Of a DNA stretch of 64,000 nt, positions 46,587 to 56,602 are shown one piece after another. The stretch comes from a virus. Lineage: Duplodnaviria; Caudoviricetes. Below the pieces are notes generated by a model. The model ran no database searches. It saw only the letters and a program-made list of their open reading frames with translations, and had not been told where the DNA came from. The stretch's first letter is position 1. Every line of letters starts with the position of its first letter. The position numbers were made by a program, and so were the translations under genes. Location: IMG/VR virus record IMGVR_UViG_3300014167_000003, positions 1 to 64,000 of that record. The stretch is one strand, 5' to 3'.

Positions 46587-49579
46587 CAGGGCACCAGCTC
46601 AGGCTTGCCGTTCTTCAGCGTCCACTTCGTGCCATTGCCGAAGGTGGTGATCTTGCCTTCCTCCAGTTTTGCCAGCGCCTCGGGCGGCAGCGCAGGGGCG
46701 GTGCTCTGCGTCTTGTCGTCAGGCAGCGCGTTCTTCCGCGTGTCCGTCTCCGTGTCGCCCGGCTTCGCGTAGCCGTTGGAAGGGATCGTCGTCTGCCCGC
46801 GCTTGACGGCATCATATTCGCGGTCGATCTGCTTCTTCAGCTGCTGCACGGCCTTCTCGTATGTCCCCTTCGAGAAACCCGTGTCGAGATAATGCAGGGC
46901 GAGATCGCGGTCGCTCTCGCGCATCACACCGGTCGGGTTCATGGCCTTGGCCCAATGCTCGGCGAGCTGCAGGTTGGCCATACCGAAGGTGACGAGCCTG
47001 TCGTCGTTGGTCGCGAGCTGGCCATGCTGGATGAAGTGATCAAACGGCACGTAGCCGGTGTAGCGCGTGACGTTCCTCGACTCCTCCAGAGCCGCCGGGA
47101 TCGCGGCATCCGCTGCATTGAGAATGATCTTGAGCTGGGCCTCGCGCGTGCCACGGGTGCGCGCCTCGGCGTTCAGGGTGGCCTGCTGCGCGGCATACTC
47201 CTGCTTCTTGCGCGAGTAGTCTTCGTCCGAGATGTTGCGCGCGGCCTTGCGCTCCTCGAACTTCTGCTGAACCAGGGAGTTGTTCGCGCCGCTGTAGCCG
47301 AGCCGCTTCATGCGCGACTCGTCGCCAGTCGTCAGGGCGTAGTCGGCGATACCCTCGGCGGTCTTCTCGGAGATCGTCGCGGTCTTTTCGCCCTTGTTGA
47401 TGATCTTGTCGCCCTCCTTGAACTGGTACGGCAAGCCAGTCCTCGGGTCCTTGAAGATGTATTCGCCCGTGGCAGAGTTGAACGCCCCCGGGATGACCAT
47501 CCCCTCTTTCGTCACCAGCGTGCCGGAGGGCGTGAACTTCTCCCGGTCGTGTGCGTCCTGCTGCGCGAGCGTCCGCTCCTTGTACGGGCGCTCGGCGTTC
47601 TTCTGCTGGTCGAGATAGTGCTGCGCTTCGAGATCCAGCCGGCGCTGGCCCTGCTCGGCGGTGACGTCCTTCTGCGCCGCCTCGCGCTGCTGCTCCAGCA
47701 CCTTCACGCCTTCGAGGCCACCGCGCCCGATGTTGACACCGGCATACGGCGAACTGCCGCCCATGATGCCAAGGCTCGCCGCGAGGAGAGCCATCCACGG
47801 GCTTTTGGTGAAGTCGCTGGCGGCGTCGTGCTTCTCGTGCTTCTTCTCGGTGGGCGTCTTCGTGTCGTCGCCCTCATCGGCAAACGACAGCGCCGACGAC
47901 TGGCCCGGCGGTGCGTACGGGTTGTCGCCGCCAGGGTTGGTGATCGCCTTCGGCAGGCCGCTCTTGTCGACGGTGCCCGTATCGCCGGAGAACGCGAGCA
48001 CCTGCGGCGTGCCCGTCGCGTCGGCCTTGTCCTCAATGGCCTGCGCGTACGCCTTGCGCGGGTCAGCGCGCGGCACCATGACGTCGCCGGGATCGAGCAC
48101 CGCCGTGATGCGCGGATCGTAGCCGTAGGCGTTCTGCGAGCCCTGCATCACCGCTGCGGCCTGCGGGTTGCTCGCGCCGGCAGCGGGCGCCAGCGCGTCC
48201 CAGCCACCACGGTCGATCACCGGGTTGTTGCCGGCGACCGTGCTCGGGTCCTGCGGCGGCACGATGCCGGCGTTGCTGCCGTCGCCGTCGAAGCGCGCCG
48301 CGAACGTATCGCCGCCCGTGTCGAAGCCGGTGTACGGGTTGCTGACCGTGCCGCCACGGTTGGCGAACATGGCGCCGATCTTGGCGATGTTGCCGATGGC
48401 GCCGAGCGCCGTCGTGAGATCGCTGCCGCTGTTGCTCTGCTGCTGCGGCGGGTTGAGGTTGATCTGCGGGATATGCGCCTGGATCGGATGCGGCTGGCTC
48501 TGCGGAATGACGCCCATCTGGCTGACGTTGATCGGGTTGTCGCTGAAGCCGGACGGGAGGCTATAGACCGGCGTGCTCGCGCCCGGCGAGCCACCGCCGT
48601 CCATGTGCGGCACCTCGCCACCGACCGCGTACGGGCTCGTCGGGTTGACGAGGTTTTGGCCAGGCCCGTAGCCCTCATAGTCGGACGGCGAGAGACCAGG
48701 GAGCGGGTTTTGTGCCGAGCCGAGCTGCGAGGCCGGCACGTCGGCGCCGCTGCCCTTGTTGGTGAGATAGCCGTTGCTGCCGAATGCGCCCGTGGCGCCG
48801 AGCGCGGCCACACCGACGCCAGCGCCGCCCGCGAGCTGGCTGAAGATGCTCGGCTGCGCCGGAGTGGACTGCCCGGTGCCGTAGGTGGTGCCGCCGAGGC
48901 CGGGCGCGAGCGCGCCGACCGAGTTGGTGAGGAACTGGCTCTGCTGATACGGGAACGCCGCCTGAGCGAGCGCGAGCTGATACGGCGAGTTCAATTGCGC
49001 CTGCTGCAGCTGCTGCTGCAGGCCGCCCGTGCCGAGCTGCGCGTTGGCGGCGCCGAGCACCGAGTTCTGCCAGCCCGAGGCGAGCGACGCGTTGCCGTAG
49101 CCGGCCGCCTGCGCCTCCTGCACGGCGTTGGTGTACTGCTGCGCCAGGACGTTGCCCTCCTGCGCCGTCTGCTGCCCGGCGACGTCCGCCTGGCCAACCG
49201 CGACGCGATCCGCGCCAACGCCGCCGGCCTGCTGCGTGAGCGCGCCGGTCGTCTGCGACATCTGCTCGCCGAACAGGTTCTGCAATTGACCGGTGATGCT
49301 GCTGACGTACGGGTTGTAGAACGCCTGCGCGGCGGACGGCGTGAAGTTCTGCAGGCCCTGCTGGAAGTACGGGTTGGTCATCCCCTGCGCGTTGTTAACC
49401 GTATTGAACGCGCTCTGCTGGGCATTCGAGAAGCCCGCGACGGGCGCCTGCGGGATAGCGAACGGCAGCTGCGCGGTGTTCTGCGCCTGGGTGAGCGCGC
49501 CGCTGATGGCGTTGTAGGCGGCGGGCGTCGGCGTGTACGTCGACTGCTGCTGCGTGGTGCTGGTGCCCTTGTTACCCAT
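46586..49579 (-). CDS. Internal virion / DNA pilot protein
   Basis: 997 aa; Q/G/A-rich N-terminal half typical of podoviral ejection proteins. Confidence 0.72.
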   Translation of the reverse strand: MGNKGTSTTQQQSTYTPTPAAYNAISGALTQAQNTAQLPFAIPQAPVAGFSNAQQSAFNTVNNAQGMTNPYFQQGLQNFTPSAAQAFYNPYVSSITGQLQNLFGEQMSQTTGALTQQAGGVGADRVAVGQADVAGQQTAQEGNVLAQQYTNAVQEAQAAGYGNASLASGWQNSVLGAANAQLGTGGLQQQLQQAQLNSPYQLALAQAAFPYQQSQFLTNSVGALAPGLGGTTYGTGQSTPAQPSIFSQLAGGAGVGVAALGATGAFGSNGYLTNKGSGADVPASQLGSAQNPLPGLSPSDYEGYGPGQNLVNPTSPYAVGGEVPHMDGGGSPGASTPVYSLPSGFSDNPINVSQMGVIPQSQPHPIQAHIPQINLNPPQQQSNSGSDLTTALGAIGNIAKIGAMFANRGGTVSNPYTGFDTGGDTFAARFDGDGSNAGIVPPQDPSTVAGNNPVIDRGGWDALAPAAGASNPQAAAVMQGSQNAYGYDPRITAVLDPGDVMVPRADPRKAYAQAIEDKADATGTPQVLAFSGDTGTVDKSGLPKAITNPGGDNPYAPPGQSSALSFADEGDDTKTPTEKKHEKHDAASDFTKSPWMALLAASLGIMGGSSPYAGVNIGRGGLEGVKVLEQQREAAQKDVTAEQGQRRLDLEAQHYLDQQKNAERPYKERTLAQQDAHDREKFTPSGTLVTKEGMVIPGAFNSATGEYIFKDPRTGLPYQFKEGDKIINKGEKTATISEKTAEGIADYALTTGDESRMKRLGYSGANNSLVQQKFEERKAARNISDEDYSRKKQEYAAQQATLNAEARTRGTREAQLKIILNAADAAIPAALEESRNVTRYTGYVPFDHFIQHGQLATNDDRLVTFGMANLQLAEHWAKAMNPTGVMRESDRDLALHYLDTGFSKGTYEKAVQQLKKQIDREYDAVKRGQTTIPSNGYAKPGDTETDTRKNALPDDKTQSTAPALPPEALAKLEEGKITTFGNGTKWTLKNGKPELVP

Positions 49580-50091
49580 CAGGCGTATGCCGCGCTAGAC
49601 GAGTGCACCGAGCCCTTGTTGCCGTAGAGAAAGAACGCGCCGATGGGCGGCAGCATGCGCCGATAGAGCCGCACCTTGGCCTCGGTCCTCTCGTTCGAGA
49701 TGATGCCGGTGAGCAGCGGGAGGTGGGTCCGGTCGCTCTGGGTCTTCATCCACTCGACCAGCGCCTTGGCGTGGCCGGAGCGTCGGCATTCCGGGTCCAC
49801 GTAGACGATGAACTCCTCCAGATGCCGGTCGTGCGAGTACCAGTGCGTGCCGATGCAGACGAAGACCAGCGCCTCCAGGCGGCCGACGTCGCCGATCACG
49901 CCGATGGCGCCGCGCGGTCCGGTGTCCCACTCAGGGATCGCGTCGGGCACGAGCGCCCTGGAGAGAAACCACTCGACCTTCTCCGGCGCCAGCGTGAACT
50001 GGCCGTTCTCGCGGTGGCCTTGGAGGAAGAGGCGCCAGATCTCCTGGTGGTCCGCAGGCCCGGCAACGCGGACAATGGACGGGCACGTCAT
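49579..50091 (-). CDS. GNAT-fold protein of the virion module
   Basis: IVYVDPECRRSGHAKALV; usual position between tail and ejection genes. Confidence 0.72.
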   Translation of the reverse strand: MTCPSIVRVAGPADHQEIWRLFLQGHRENGQFTLAPEKVEWFLSRALVPDAIPEWDTGPRGAIGVIGDVGRLEALVFVCIGTHWYSHDRHLEEFIVYVDPECRRSGHAKALVEWMKTQSDRTHLPLLTGIISNERTEAKVRLYRRMLPPIGAFFLYGNKGSVHSSSAAYA

Positions 50092-50094
50092 GGC

Positions 50095-50742
50095 TCAGTC
50101 CTTCTTCGGCGGTTTGAGGCCCTTGAGGGTCTTGATGTGCTTCGCGCGCGTGCGCAGCACCCACTTGTCCAATTCCTTGTGGCCGTGATCGAGGTCGCCG
50201 AACTTCTGGATGATCTTCTCGGGCGGGATCACGATCTCGCCGCCGGCCGCAATGATCGGCGTTGGCTCTCCGGTGCCGCCGCCACGCGCCTTCGGCGTCG
50301 TCGGCGGCTTCAAATTGATCGACGGGATGTGCGCCTTGATGCCGTGGCCCGCCATCGGCGCGCTGCCGTAGGGGCCCATCTTGAACATCTTGTTAACAAT
50401 GTTGGCGCCGGCCAGGCTATTGCCCTGCCCGAGCGCCGCGACGTGATCGGCCGGGAGGACGTAGGCGCCGCCGCCGACTGTGATCGGCAGCTTGTCTGTG
50501 CGGCCCGGTACGGCGCTGTGGAGGAAGCCCTCATGAAACATCTGCCGCTGCGCCGAACGCTCACCCAGCGGCGCCTGGAAGCCTCCTGAGGCCATGTGAG
50601 CGCCTGCCCGTCGCGCGGTGTTGTAGGCGATGGCGAGCGCCTGCTGCCGCGACTGCACATGTGGCGACTTGCCGACGTCGTGCATCAGCGTGGCGACGTT
50701 CGCCTTAAAGGCTCCGGGCGACTTGCTGTGATCGAGCGGCAT
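50095..50742 (-). CDS. Probable internal virion protein
   Basis: QALAIAY, MASGG, GAYVLPADHV, GEIVIPP. Confidence 0.6.
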   Translation of the reverse strand: MPLDHSKSPGAFKANVATLMHDVGKSPHVQSRQQALAIAYNTARRAGAHMASGGFQAPLGERSAQRQMFHEGFLHSAVPGRTDKLPITVGGGAYVLPADHVAALGQGNSLAGANIVNKMFKMGPYGSAPMAGHGIKAHIPSINLKPPTTPKARGGGTGEPTPIIAAGGEIVIPPEKIIQKFGDLDHGHKELDKWVLRTRAKHIKTLKGLKPPKKD

Positions 50743-50777
50743 GGTCTGAGAATATCCTCAAAGCTTCGTTGTCGCAA

Positions 50778-51713
50778 TTACCCGGCGCGGATGAGCGTCA
50801 GGCCGCCGACGTAGGTCGGCGGGAGCTGCGGCAGCGTGATCTGGCTGCTGCTGCCGTAGGTGATGCCGGTCTTGGCCGAGTTGGTGTTTGGGCTGTTCGA
50901 AGCACTACCGAACGCCTCATAGCTACCGCCGCCAGCCGAAATGCCGCCGACGATGGTGCCGTTGTTGATGAGGGTGTAAGCAATTCCGTGCACATGCCCG
51001 GGGTCGCTTGACTGTGGCAGATAGATGCTCGTGAGCATCGTCGCCTGCACGCCGCCGACGTTGCCAACCGCGCTCGCATTGAAGGTGGCGCCGTTGGCGC
51101 TGCTGATCGGCGTCGAGGCGCTCTGGTTCAGGGTGAGCCGGTACTTGCCTTGCGAGTTCGGCAGCGTCGTCCCGCCGAGCACGAGCGACAGGATCGGATA
51201 GGTCGCCGAGGAGAACGTGGTGCCGTCGCAGTTGAGGTACGGCGGCACGGTGCAGCCGGACACCCATAGCGGCACCGAGGAGCCGGCATAGTCCCAATAT
51301 TGTCCGACGCGGCCGAGGTTCTTGTACTTCAAATTGGTCCCGTCGTTGAAGACGTCGATGGTCTCGCCCGGCGGGCAGCAGATCACCTGGCCGCCGGAGA
51401 CCGTCGTTTCGAGTGTGATCGTGTATGCGCTCGATCCGGTGCACAGGTTCTGGATCTCGTACGCCTTGGTGAACGTGCTCGGGAACGTGATGGCGACGTT
51501 GCCGGCGAGCGTCGAATTGAACGTGATCTGCCGGCACTGATACTGGCCGGAGTTGAGCACGACGCCCGTGTTGTTCAGGCCGACCGTGGCAATACCGCCG
51601 ACGATCAGGTCAATGAGGACCATGTTGCCGTTGACGGGCGAGTCCCACGAGCCGACGTCGGAGCCATTGCTCGGCTCCAGAAGGTTGACGTTCGCGGTGT
51701 AGCTGGTGGTCAT
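50778..51713 (-). CDS. Tail fibre adaptor / tail collar domain protein
   Basis: MTTSY..NLLEP..GSW..VNGN N-terminus; collar motif PPYLNCDGTTFSSATYPIL..TLP. Confidence 0.7.
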   Translation of the reverse strand: MTTSYTANVNLLEPSNGSDVGSWDSPVNGNMVLIDLIVGGIATVGLNNTGVVLNSGQYQCRQITFNSTLAGNVAITFPSTFTKAYEIQNLCTGSSAYTITLETTVSGGQVICCPPGETIDVFNDGTNLKYKNLGRVGQYWDYAGSSVPLWVSGCTVPPYLNCDGTTFSSATYPILSLVLGGTTLPNSQGKYRLTLNQSASTPISSANGATFNASAVGNVGGVQATMLTSIYLPQSSDPGHVHGIAYTLINNGTIVGGISAGGGSYEAFGSASNSPNTNSAKTGITYGSSSQITLPQLPPTYVGGLTLIRAG

Positions 51714-51722
51714 AGATCACCT

Positions 51723-51949
51723 CTATTGCGGATAGATCGGCACTTTGCCGGTGAAGCCAGAACTCGTTGTCACAAGGATGAAGAACGACGCCTCCGAGGA
51801 GGTGAACGTCACGCTGCCGGTCGATGCCGGCGCGCTGGTCGACGTGCCGGTCACCTGCGGGAAGATGGCCTTGATCGCAGAGGTCATGTTGTTCATGGCC
51901 TGCACGCCGTTTTGTAGCGTTGCCCATGCGACGTCCCAACCTTGTGCCA
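51723..51949 (-). CDS. Small structural protein
   Basis: MAQGWDVAWATLQNGVQAMNN...KVPIYPQ. Confidence 0.55.
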
Positions 51950-51952
51950 TTG

Positions 51953-54007
51953 CTACCTCCTGCCCGACATGCCGTACCGGAAACGGATGCGGCCAATGCG
52001 CCAGAACTCGCTCGACGCCGTGCTCTGGATGAAGGCCGACATCAGCCGGTTGCGGAAGCGGATGTTGATGAACTCGGTCGACTGCGTCACGACATACGGC
52101 CCGTACACGGTCGGCGTGTCGTTCGGGTAGTTGACGCCATAGAACGTGATGGTGACCGACGCGGTCGGCGAGGCCGAGCGGAGCCCGTAGATGAAGTCGG
52201 GAATGATCATGTCGACGAACGGGAAGTCCTGGCCCTCGCTGATCGTCCACCAGCCGGTCTGCACGCCGGGAAGGCTGGCGCCCGTGATCGAGGTGCCGGT
52301 CTCGTGCTGCCAGATCACGCCGTTGGCGTCGGCGCCGATGGGCATGCCGAGGATCGAGACGTCCGTCCAGGCGGTGCGGCTGATCGAGCCGTAGTCCCAC
52401 TCGTACTCCTGGCCCTCGATGTGCACCTTGACGTAGCTGTCGCATTCACCCGCCGACGCGGCGGACGGGTAGAGCCACGCCACCTCGTTAAACGCGGAGT
52501 TAACCGCAACGCGGACCTTGTACTGGTTCGCGGAAGAAAGGTTCTGGAAGACCTGGTCCCAGACGCTGCACGGCAGCGGCACGACGCCGTTGGAGCCGAG
52601 CGTGAAGAAGTTGCTGTTGCTCATCCAGTACGGGTTGCCGGAGAGGATGCCGCAGGCGTGCGACGAGACCCAGCCGCAGCCCGTGCCGATCTTGGTGAAG
52701 TTGAAGACGATGACGCCGCCGACGTAGTTCATCGTCCAGACCTCGATGTCGGTCGAGATCAGGCCGAACTGCGGGCATTGAATGCCGCCGACGATCTGGC
52801 TCCCGGTCGAGAACGTGAACGAGCCCGCCGTGGTCTGGTTGGTGACGGCCCAGTTGGTGTAGTCGCCGGCATTGCACCAGCGCACCACCAATTGGTTCTG
52901 CACGCCGGACGACTGCACCGAGCGCCAGGCGACGAGGATCTGCTGCGGCATCGAGACAAAGATGCCGCCATTGAAGAACGGCGCCTCGTTGATCACCTGG
53001 GCGTTCTGGAAACCGAAGTCCGGCGACCACGCATAGATCGGCCCGTTGGTCGGGCACGCCAGAAGGACCTCGCCCCAGTTGTCGACGGTCCAGTCCACGG
53101 CGGTGATCGGCGTGCCTGGCACACCGGTCTGGCTCGTGCCCGTGCCGAAGCCGCCAGTCCCGAAACCACCCGCGCCGAAGCCGCTGCCGGCGGTCTGCGG
53201 GCCCAGCGTCACGTAGTAGACGATCTGCGCGTGGCTCGTGTTCATGGTCGCCGACGCGGTCGTGCTCGCCTGCGTCACCGAGGTGATGGTGAAGGCCGTG
53301 CTGTCGGTCACGCTGCTGATCTGGTACTTGCCCTGCACGACAATGCCGACGCTCGACCCGCTGCCGACCGTCGTCGGCGCAATGAACTGCTGGAAGAGGC
53401 CGGTCGTCGCCGTGAAGCCGTTATTGGGCAGCGTCACGGTCACGGTCGCCGAGCCGGACGAAATGTTGAAGATCGGCAGGATGCCGCTCGACGCGACGGT
53501 CGCGGTCGACGCGTACGGAAGGAGGATGGTGTAGACCGTCGAGCCGCCGACCGTATGGATCGGGTACGCGCCGTTGAGCAGGTACGGGCCAATGGCGACC
53601 GGCGTGTTCAGGTAGATGGTGTTGTAGAGCGACGCGTTCGCGTTGGCGTCGACAATGGTGCAGACCAGGTTGGCGCTGCCGCCGGTCGCCGACGAGATCG
53701 AGAAGTTCGGCGCCGGGTTGGTGGTGACGGTCTGCGGCGTGATGTCCTGGTAGCTGCCTGCGGTGACCACGCCGAGGTTGCCGGTGCCGGCGATGCTCAG
53801 GTGCTGCGTCCCGGCGGCGTCCTGCCACGGATGGAGATCGCGCACCGTGGAGCCGAACGTGGCGTAGTATTGCGCCCAGCCGCCCACCGTCTGGATCATC
53901 GCCTCCTTGTACCGGATCAGCTGCGACACCGAGACGCCGGCCGAGTTCGCCGAGAGCGTCTTCTGCGTGTCCACGCCGGGAACGAGCTGCACCGCGCTCC
54001 AGGTCAT
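51953..54007 (-). CDS. Tail tubular protein B / nozzle (beta-propeller)
   Basis: 684 aa; WTVDNWGEVL, VRWCNAGDYTNW, RTAWTD, WRIGRIRF; synteny. Confidence 0.75.
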   Translation of the reverse strand: MTWSAVQLVPGVDTQKTLSANSAGVSVSQLIRYKEAMIQTVGGWAQYYATFGSTVRDLHPWQDAAGTQHLSIAGTGNLGVVTAGSYQDITPQTVTTNPAPNFSISSATGGSANLVCTIVDANANASLYNTIYLNTPVAIGPYLLNGAYPIHTVGGSTVYTILLPYASTATVASSGILPIFNISSGSATVTVTLPNNGFTATTGLFQQFIAPTTVGSGSSVGIVVQGKYQISSVTDSTAFTITSVTQASTTASATMNTSHAQIVYYVTLGPQTAGSGFGAGGFGTGGFGTGTSQTGVPGTPITAVDWTVDNWGEVLLACPTNGPIYAWSPDFGFQNAQVINEAPFFNGGIFVSMPQQILVAWRSVQSSGVQNQLVVRWCNAGDYTNWAVTNQTTAGSFTFSTGSQIVGGIQCPQFGLISTDIEVWTMNYVGGVIVFNFTKIGTGCGWVSSHACGILSGNPYWMSNSNFFTLGSNGVVPLPCSVWDQVFQNLSSANQYKVRVAVNSAFNEVAWLYPSAASAGECDSYVKVHIEGQEYEWDYGSISRTAWTDVSILGMPIGADANGVIWQHETGTSITGASLPGVQTGWWTISEGQDFPFVDMIIPDFIYGLRSASPTASVTITFYGVNYPNDTPTVYGPYVVTQSTEFINIRFRNRLMSAFIQSTASSEFWRIGRIRFRYGMSGRR

Positions 54008-54744
54008 CAGGCCCTCGGCGGCGTTGCGGTCGGCGCCGGGATCTTGTCCGACCAGGTGACCGACATGAACTTCTGGCGCAGGCTATCGGTCATCGCCGAC
54101 TGCATGAGCTTCGTGGCCTGGTTCTCCCAGCTCTGCGCCATCTGCGGGTTGTCGCTCTGGGCGCCGAAGTCGCGCATGTGGCCCGCCATGAACACCATGC
54201 CGAGGGCGATCATCAGCTCGGGCAGGTTCTGCGAGAGCCAGGTCGTCGGGTTGGACGCGGACATCGGCGCCGGCCGGATCACGCCGATCACCTCAGTGCC
54301 GTAGGCCTGATCCGGCGTCGGCCCGAAGATGATCTCGGTGTCGGTGATGCGCGCGAAGTACTCCGGCTGTCCGGTGTTGCTCGACGTGGCGGACGGGTAG
54401 ATCGCGTCGATCACCGCTTTTGAGGCCGGCGTCAGCGGCACGCGGGTGGCGTAGGACGAGGTGGCGCCGGCCGAGGTCAGGAGGTTCAGGGCCTCAATTT
54501 CGAGGAGCGTGCCCTGCGTCGTCGAGAGCGCGATGGACTGCACACCCGAGGAGCACGAGACCGAGGTGTCGGTCACGCGCACCGCCGGGAGGTCGAGTTC
54601 GCGGTAGGCGCGGCCTTCGACGTAGTCGATGCAGCCAGGCATGATGCCCTGGAAGTTGTTGTCGCCGGAGACAAGGATCGTCGAACTGATCACCGTGAGG
54701 GTGGCGATCTCGGAGACGAACGATGAGTAGGTCAGACCAACCAT
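54007..54744 (-). CDS. Head-tail adaptor / tail tubular A-like protein
   Basis: LTYSSF, GQPEYFA, IFGPTPDQAY, TWLSQNLPELM. Confidence 0.7.
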   Translation of the reverse strand: MVGLTYSSFVSEIATLTVISSTILVSGDNNFQGIMPGCIDYVEGRAYRELDLPAVRVTDTSVSCSSGVQSIALSTTQGTLLEIEALNLLTSAGATSSYATRVPLTPASKAVIDAIYPSATSSNTGQPEYFARITDTEIIFGPTPDQAYGTEVIGVIRPAPMSASNPTTWLSQNLPELMIALGMVFMAGHMRDFGAQSDNPQMAQSWENQATKLMQSAMTDSLRQKFMSVTWSDKIPAPTATPPRA

Positions 54745-54751
54745 GGGCGCC

Positions 54752-55561
54752 TCAGATGTCGTTCGGAGCAGCGTCGGAGACGTTCAGGATCGCCTGGGCG
54801 ATGTAGACCGACGAGACGCCGTCGCCCTGGATGGCGATCTGGTGGTACGGGTACGCGGCGCCGGAGGTTGTCGTCGCCGTGAGCACCTCGCCGACGACGC
54901 CGAGCGTCGTGGTCGAGTAGATCGTCGTCCAGGTGTTGCCGTCGTAGCTGCCGTTCAGGTAGACGCCCGTCTGCGGTGTCGCGGAATTGAGGAACGGCTG
55001 ATCGTTCGGCGCGTAGAGCGTGAAGCTCGAAACGGTGTGCTCCACCGCCGCGACGGTCGACGGGAGCGTGAGCGCAATGCCGCTCGGCTGCGCGTTCCAG
55101 TTCTTGCCGACCGTGTTCTGGTAGCTGCTGTTGCTCACCGCGAGCGCCGCGCTCATCTCGGCGCGCTTATTGGTGACGCCATTGAACGCGGCATCAACGC
55201 CGCCATTGAGCTTCATGTTGCCGATGCTGCCCGATACCGAGCGCGGCGGGTGCGGCAGGAAGTTGTCGCCCGGGTTGTAGCCGAGCGCCGAGAGCGGGTT
55301 GTCGGCATTGACGTAGTTCTCGGGACGCGGGTCGGCGACCGGCACCGGGTCCATCGGCAGGCGGATGGTGCGCCCGCTCTCCTGCGGCACGTCAAGGCAG
55401 GTGCGGCAGACCTGGATGCGCAGGTTGAACAGGCGCGGCCCCTGCTGCCAGTCCCACTGCCACTGCAGATCGCCCTTGTTGTACATGAAGCCGCAGCGGT
55501 CGCAGATGGCGAGCGCCTGTGGCGCCCGGCTGCTGATCTTGGCGTGACCATGTGGCCGCAT
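54752..55561 (-). CDS. Structural-module protein with N-terminal CxxC...CxxC
   Basis: ALAICDRCGF, VCRTCLD..PQ, DPRPE. Confidence 0.65.
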   Translation of the reverse strand: MRPHGHAKISSRAPQALAICDRCGFMYNKGDLQWQWDWQQGPRLFNLRIQVCRTCLDVPQESGRTIRLPMDPVPVADPRPENYVNADNPLSALGYNPGDNFLPHPPRSVSGSIGNMKLNGGVDAAFNGVTNKRAEMSAALAVSNSSYQNTVGKNWNAQPSGIALTLPSTVAAVEHTVSSFTLYAPNDQPFLNSATPQTGVYLNGSYDGNTWTTIYSTTTLGVVGEVLTATTTSGAAYPYHQIAIQGDGVSSVYIAQAILNVSDAAPNDI

Positions 55562-55562
55562 G

Positions 55563-56279
55563 TCAGCGCCTCCAGTAGCCGGTCATGCCGGGCGTGACGT
55601 AGAGCGGCACCCACTCCGTGTCCTCGGTCGAGGCGATCATCCAGGCCTCATCCCGGTCGGCCTTCCGCAGCTGCTCCTGCTCGGGCCGGTAGATGCGCGC
55701 CAGGCGGTGCGCGAGGTCGGCGGTGATCGCGTCGAAGAACCGCGTCGGCAGCTGGAGGTTCTGCCCGTTGCCGACCGTGGCGTCCTGGATCTGGTTGGCG
55801 GCGTAGTAGAAGAAGTCGTACGGGTACGAGCCATCCGGCGTCAGGTAGAACGTGATGGTCGGCGAGATCTGCCGGTCGAAGAAGTACTGGCTCGGGAAGC
55901 CCTGCGTGTTCTTGGTCGAGATCGCGGCGTACTCGTCGCGCGAGATCGGGAACATGTAGCGGTCGAGCTGCGGGTTGCTGGAATAGCGGATGAAGCAGGA
56001 GAAGATCATCCGCGTCTCGGCCGGCAGCGAGTACGTCGCCGAGCCCTGGACGAGCGGGATCGTCGCCTGCTGGATGGTCCACTGGTTCTGCCCAGGCATC
56101 GTGTTGAAGCGGACCAGCGCCAGGTTCAGCTCCATGATCGCGCGCTGCATCTGCGTCTGCTGGATCTCGGTCGGCCGGATCTGGATGCGGTCGAAGGCAT
56201 TGAGGATGAACTCGCCACCGCTCGGGTTGAAATTGTAAGTGCCCGAGGTGGTCTGAACCGGGTTGAACGGGTTGCTCAT
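55563..56279 (-). CDS. Head-tail connector protein
   Basis: TTSGTYNF, YAAISTKNTQGFPSQYFFDR, LQLPTRFFDAI. Confidence 0.7.
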   Translation of the reverse strand: MSNPFNPVQTTSGTYNFNPSGGEFILNAFDRIQIRPTEIQQTQMQRAIMELNLALVRFNTMPGQNQWTIQQATIPLVQGSATYSLPAETRMIFSCFIRYSSNPQLDRYMFPISRDEYAAISTKNTQGFPSQYFFDRQISPTITFYLTPDGSYPYDFFYYAANQIQDATVGNGQNLQLPTRFFDAITADLAHRLARIYRPEQEQLRKADRDEAWMIASTEDTEWVPLYVTPGMTGYWRR

Positions 56280-56560
56280 GAGATCAACCTCAATGTGCCG
56301 GTGGTGGCGGTCGCCTGCCCTGGCGCCGAGATCGAGTAACTCGTGATGCCGAGCGCCGCGACGTTGGTGCCCCAGGTCGCGGTGAAGAACGAGCCGGACT
56401 GCGACATGCCAATGGTCACGGTGTTCGTGACGATGCTGTTCGACGAATACGGGTAGGTGATGGAGAGCGTTGCCGACGTCGGCACGGTGAGCGTGTCCGT
56501 GGAGTCGAAGAACTCCGCAGTGAACTGCACGGTCGAGCCAAGGGTGACGTTGATCGGCAT
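56276..56560 (-). CDS. Small beta-rich structural protein
   Basis: ORF track; S/T-rich. Confidence 0.55.
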   Translation of the reverse strand: MPINVTLGSTVQFTAEFFDSTDTLTVPTSATLSITYPYSSNSIVTNTVTIGMSQSGSFFTATWGTNVAALGITSYSISAPGQATATTGTLRLIS

Positions 56561-56602
56561 CGCACGGCTATACCATGCTCTGAGGCATTCCTCAAAGCAT
56601 GG

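Noticed and set aside
41556-54304. Very long + strand ORFs (41556-44111, 44118-46772, 46892-49627, 51920-54304) and similar shadows such as 1507-3507 (-)
   Set aside because: Antisense shadows of real genes in GC-rich DNA; no recognisable motifs
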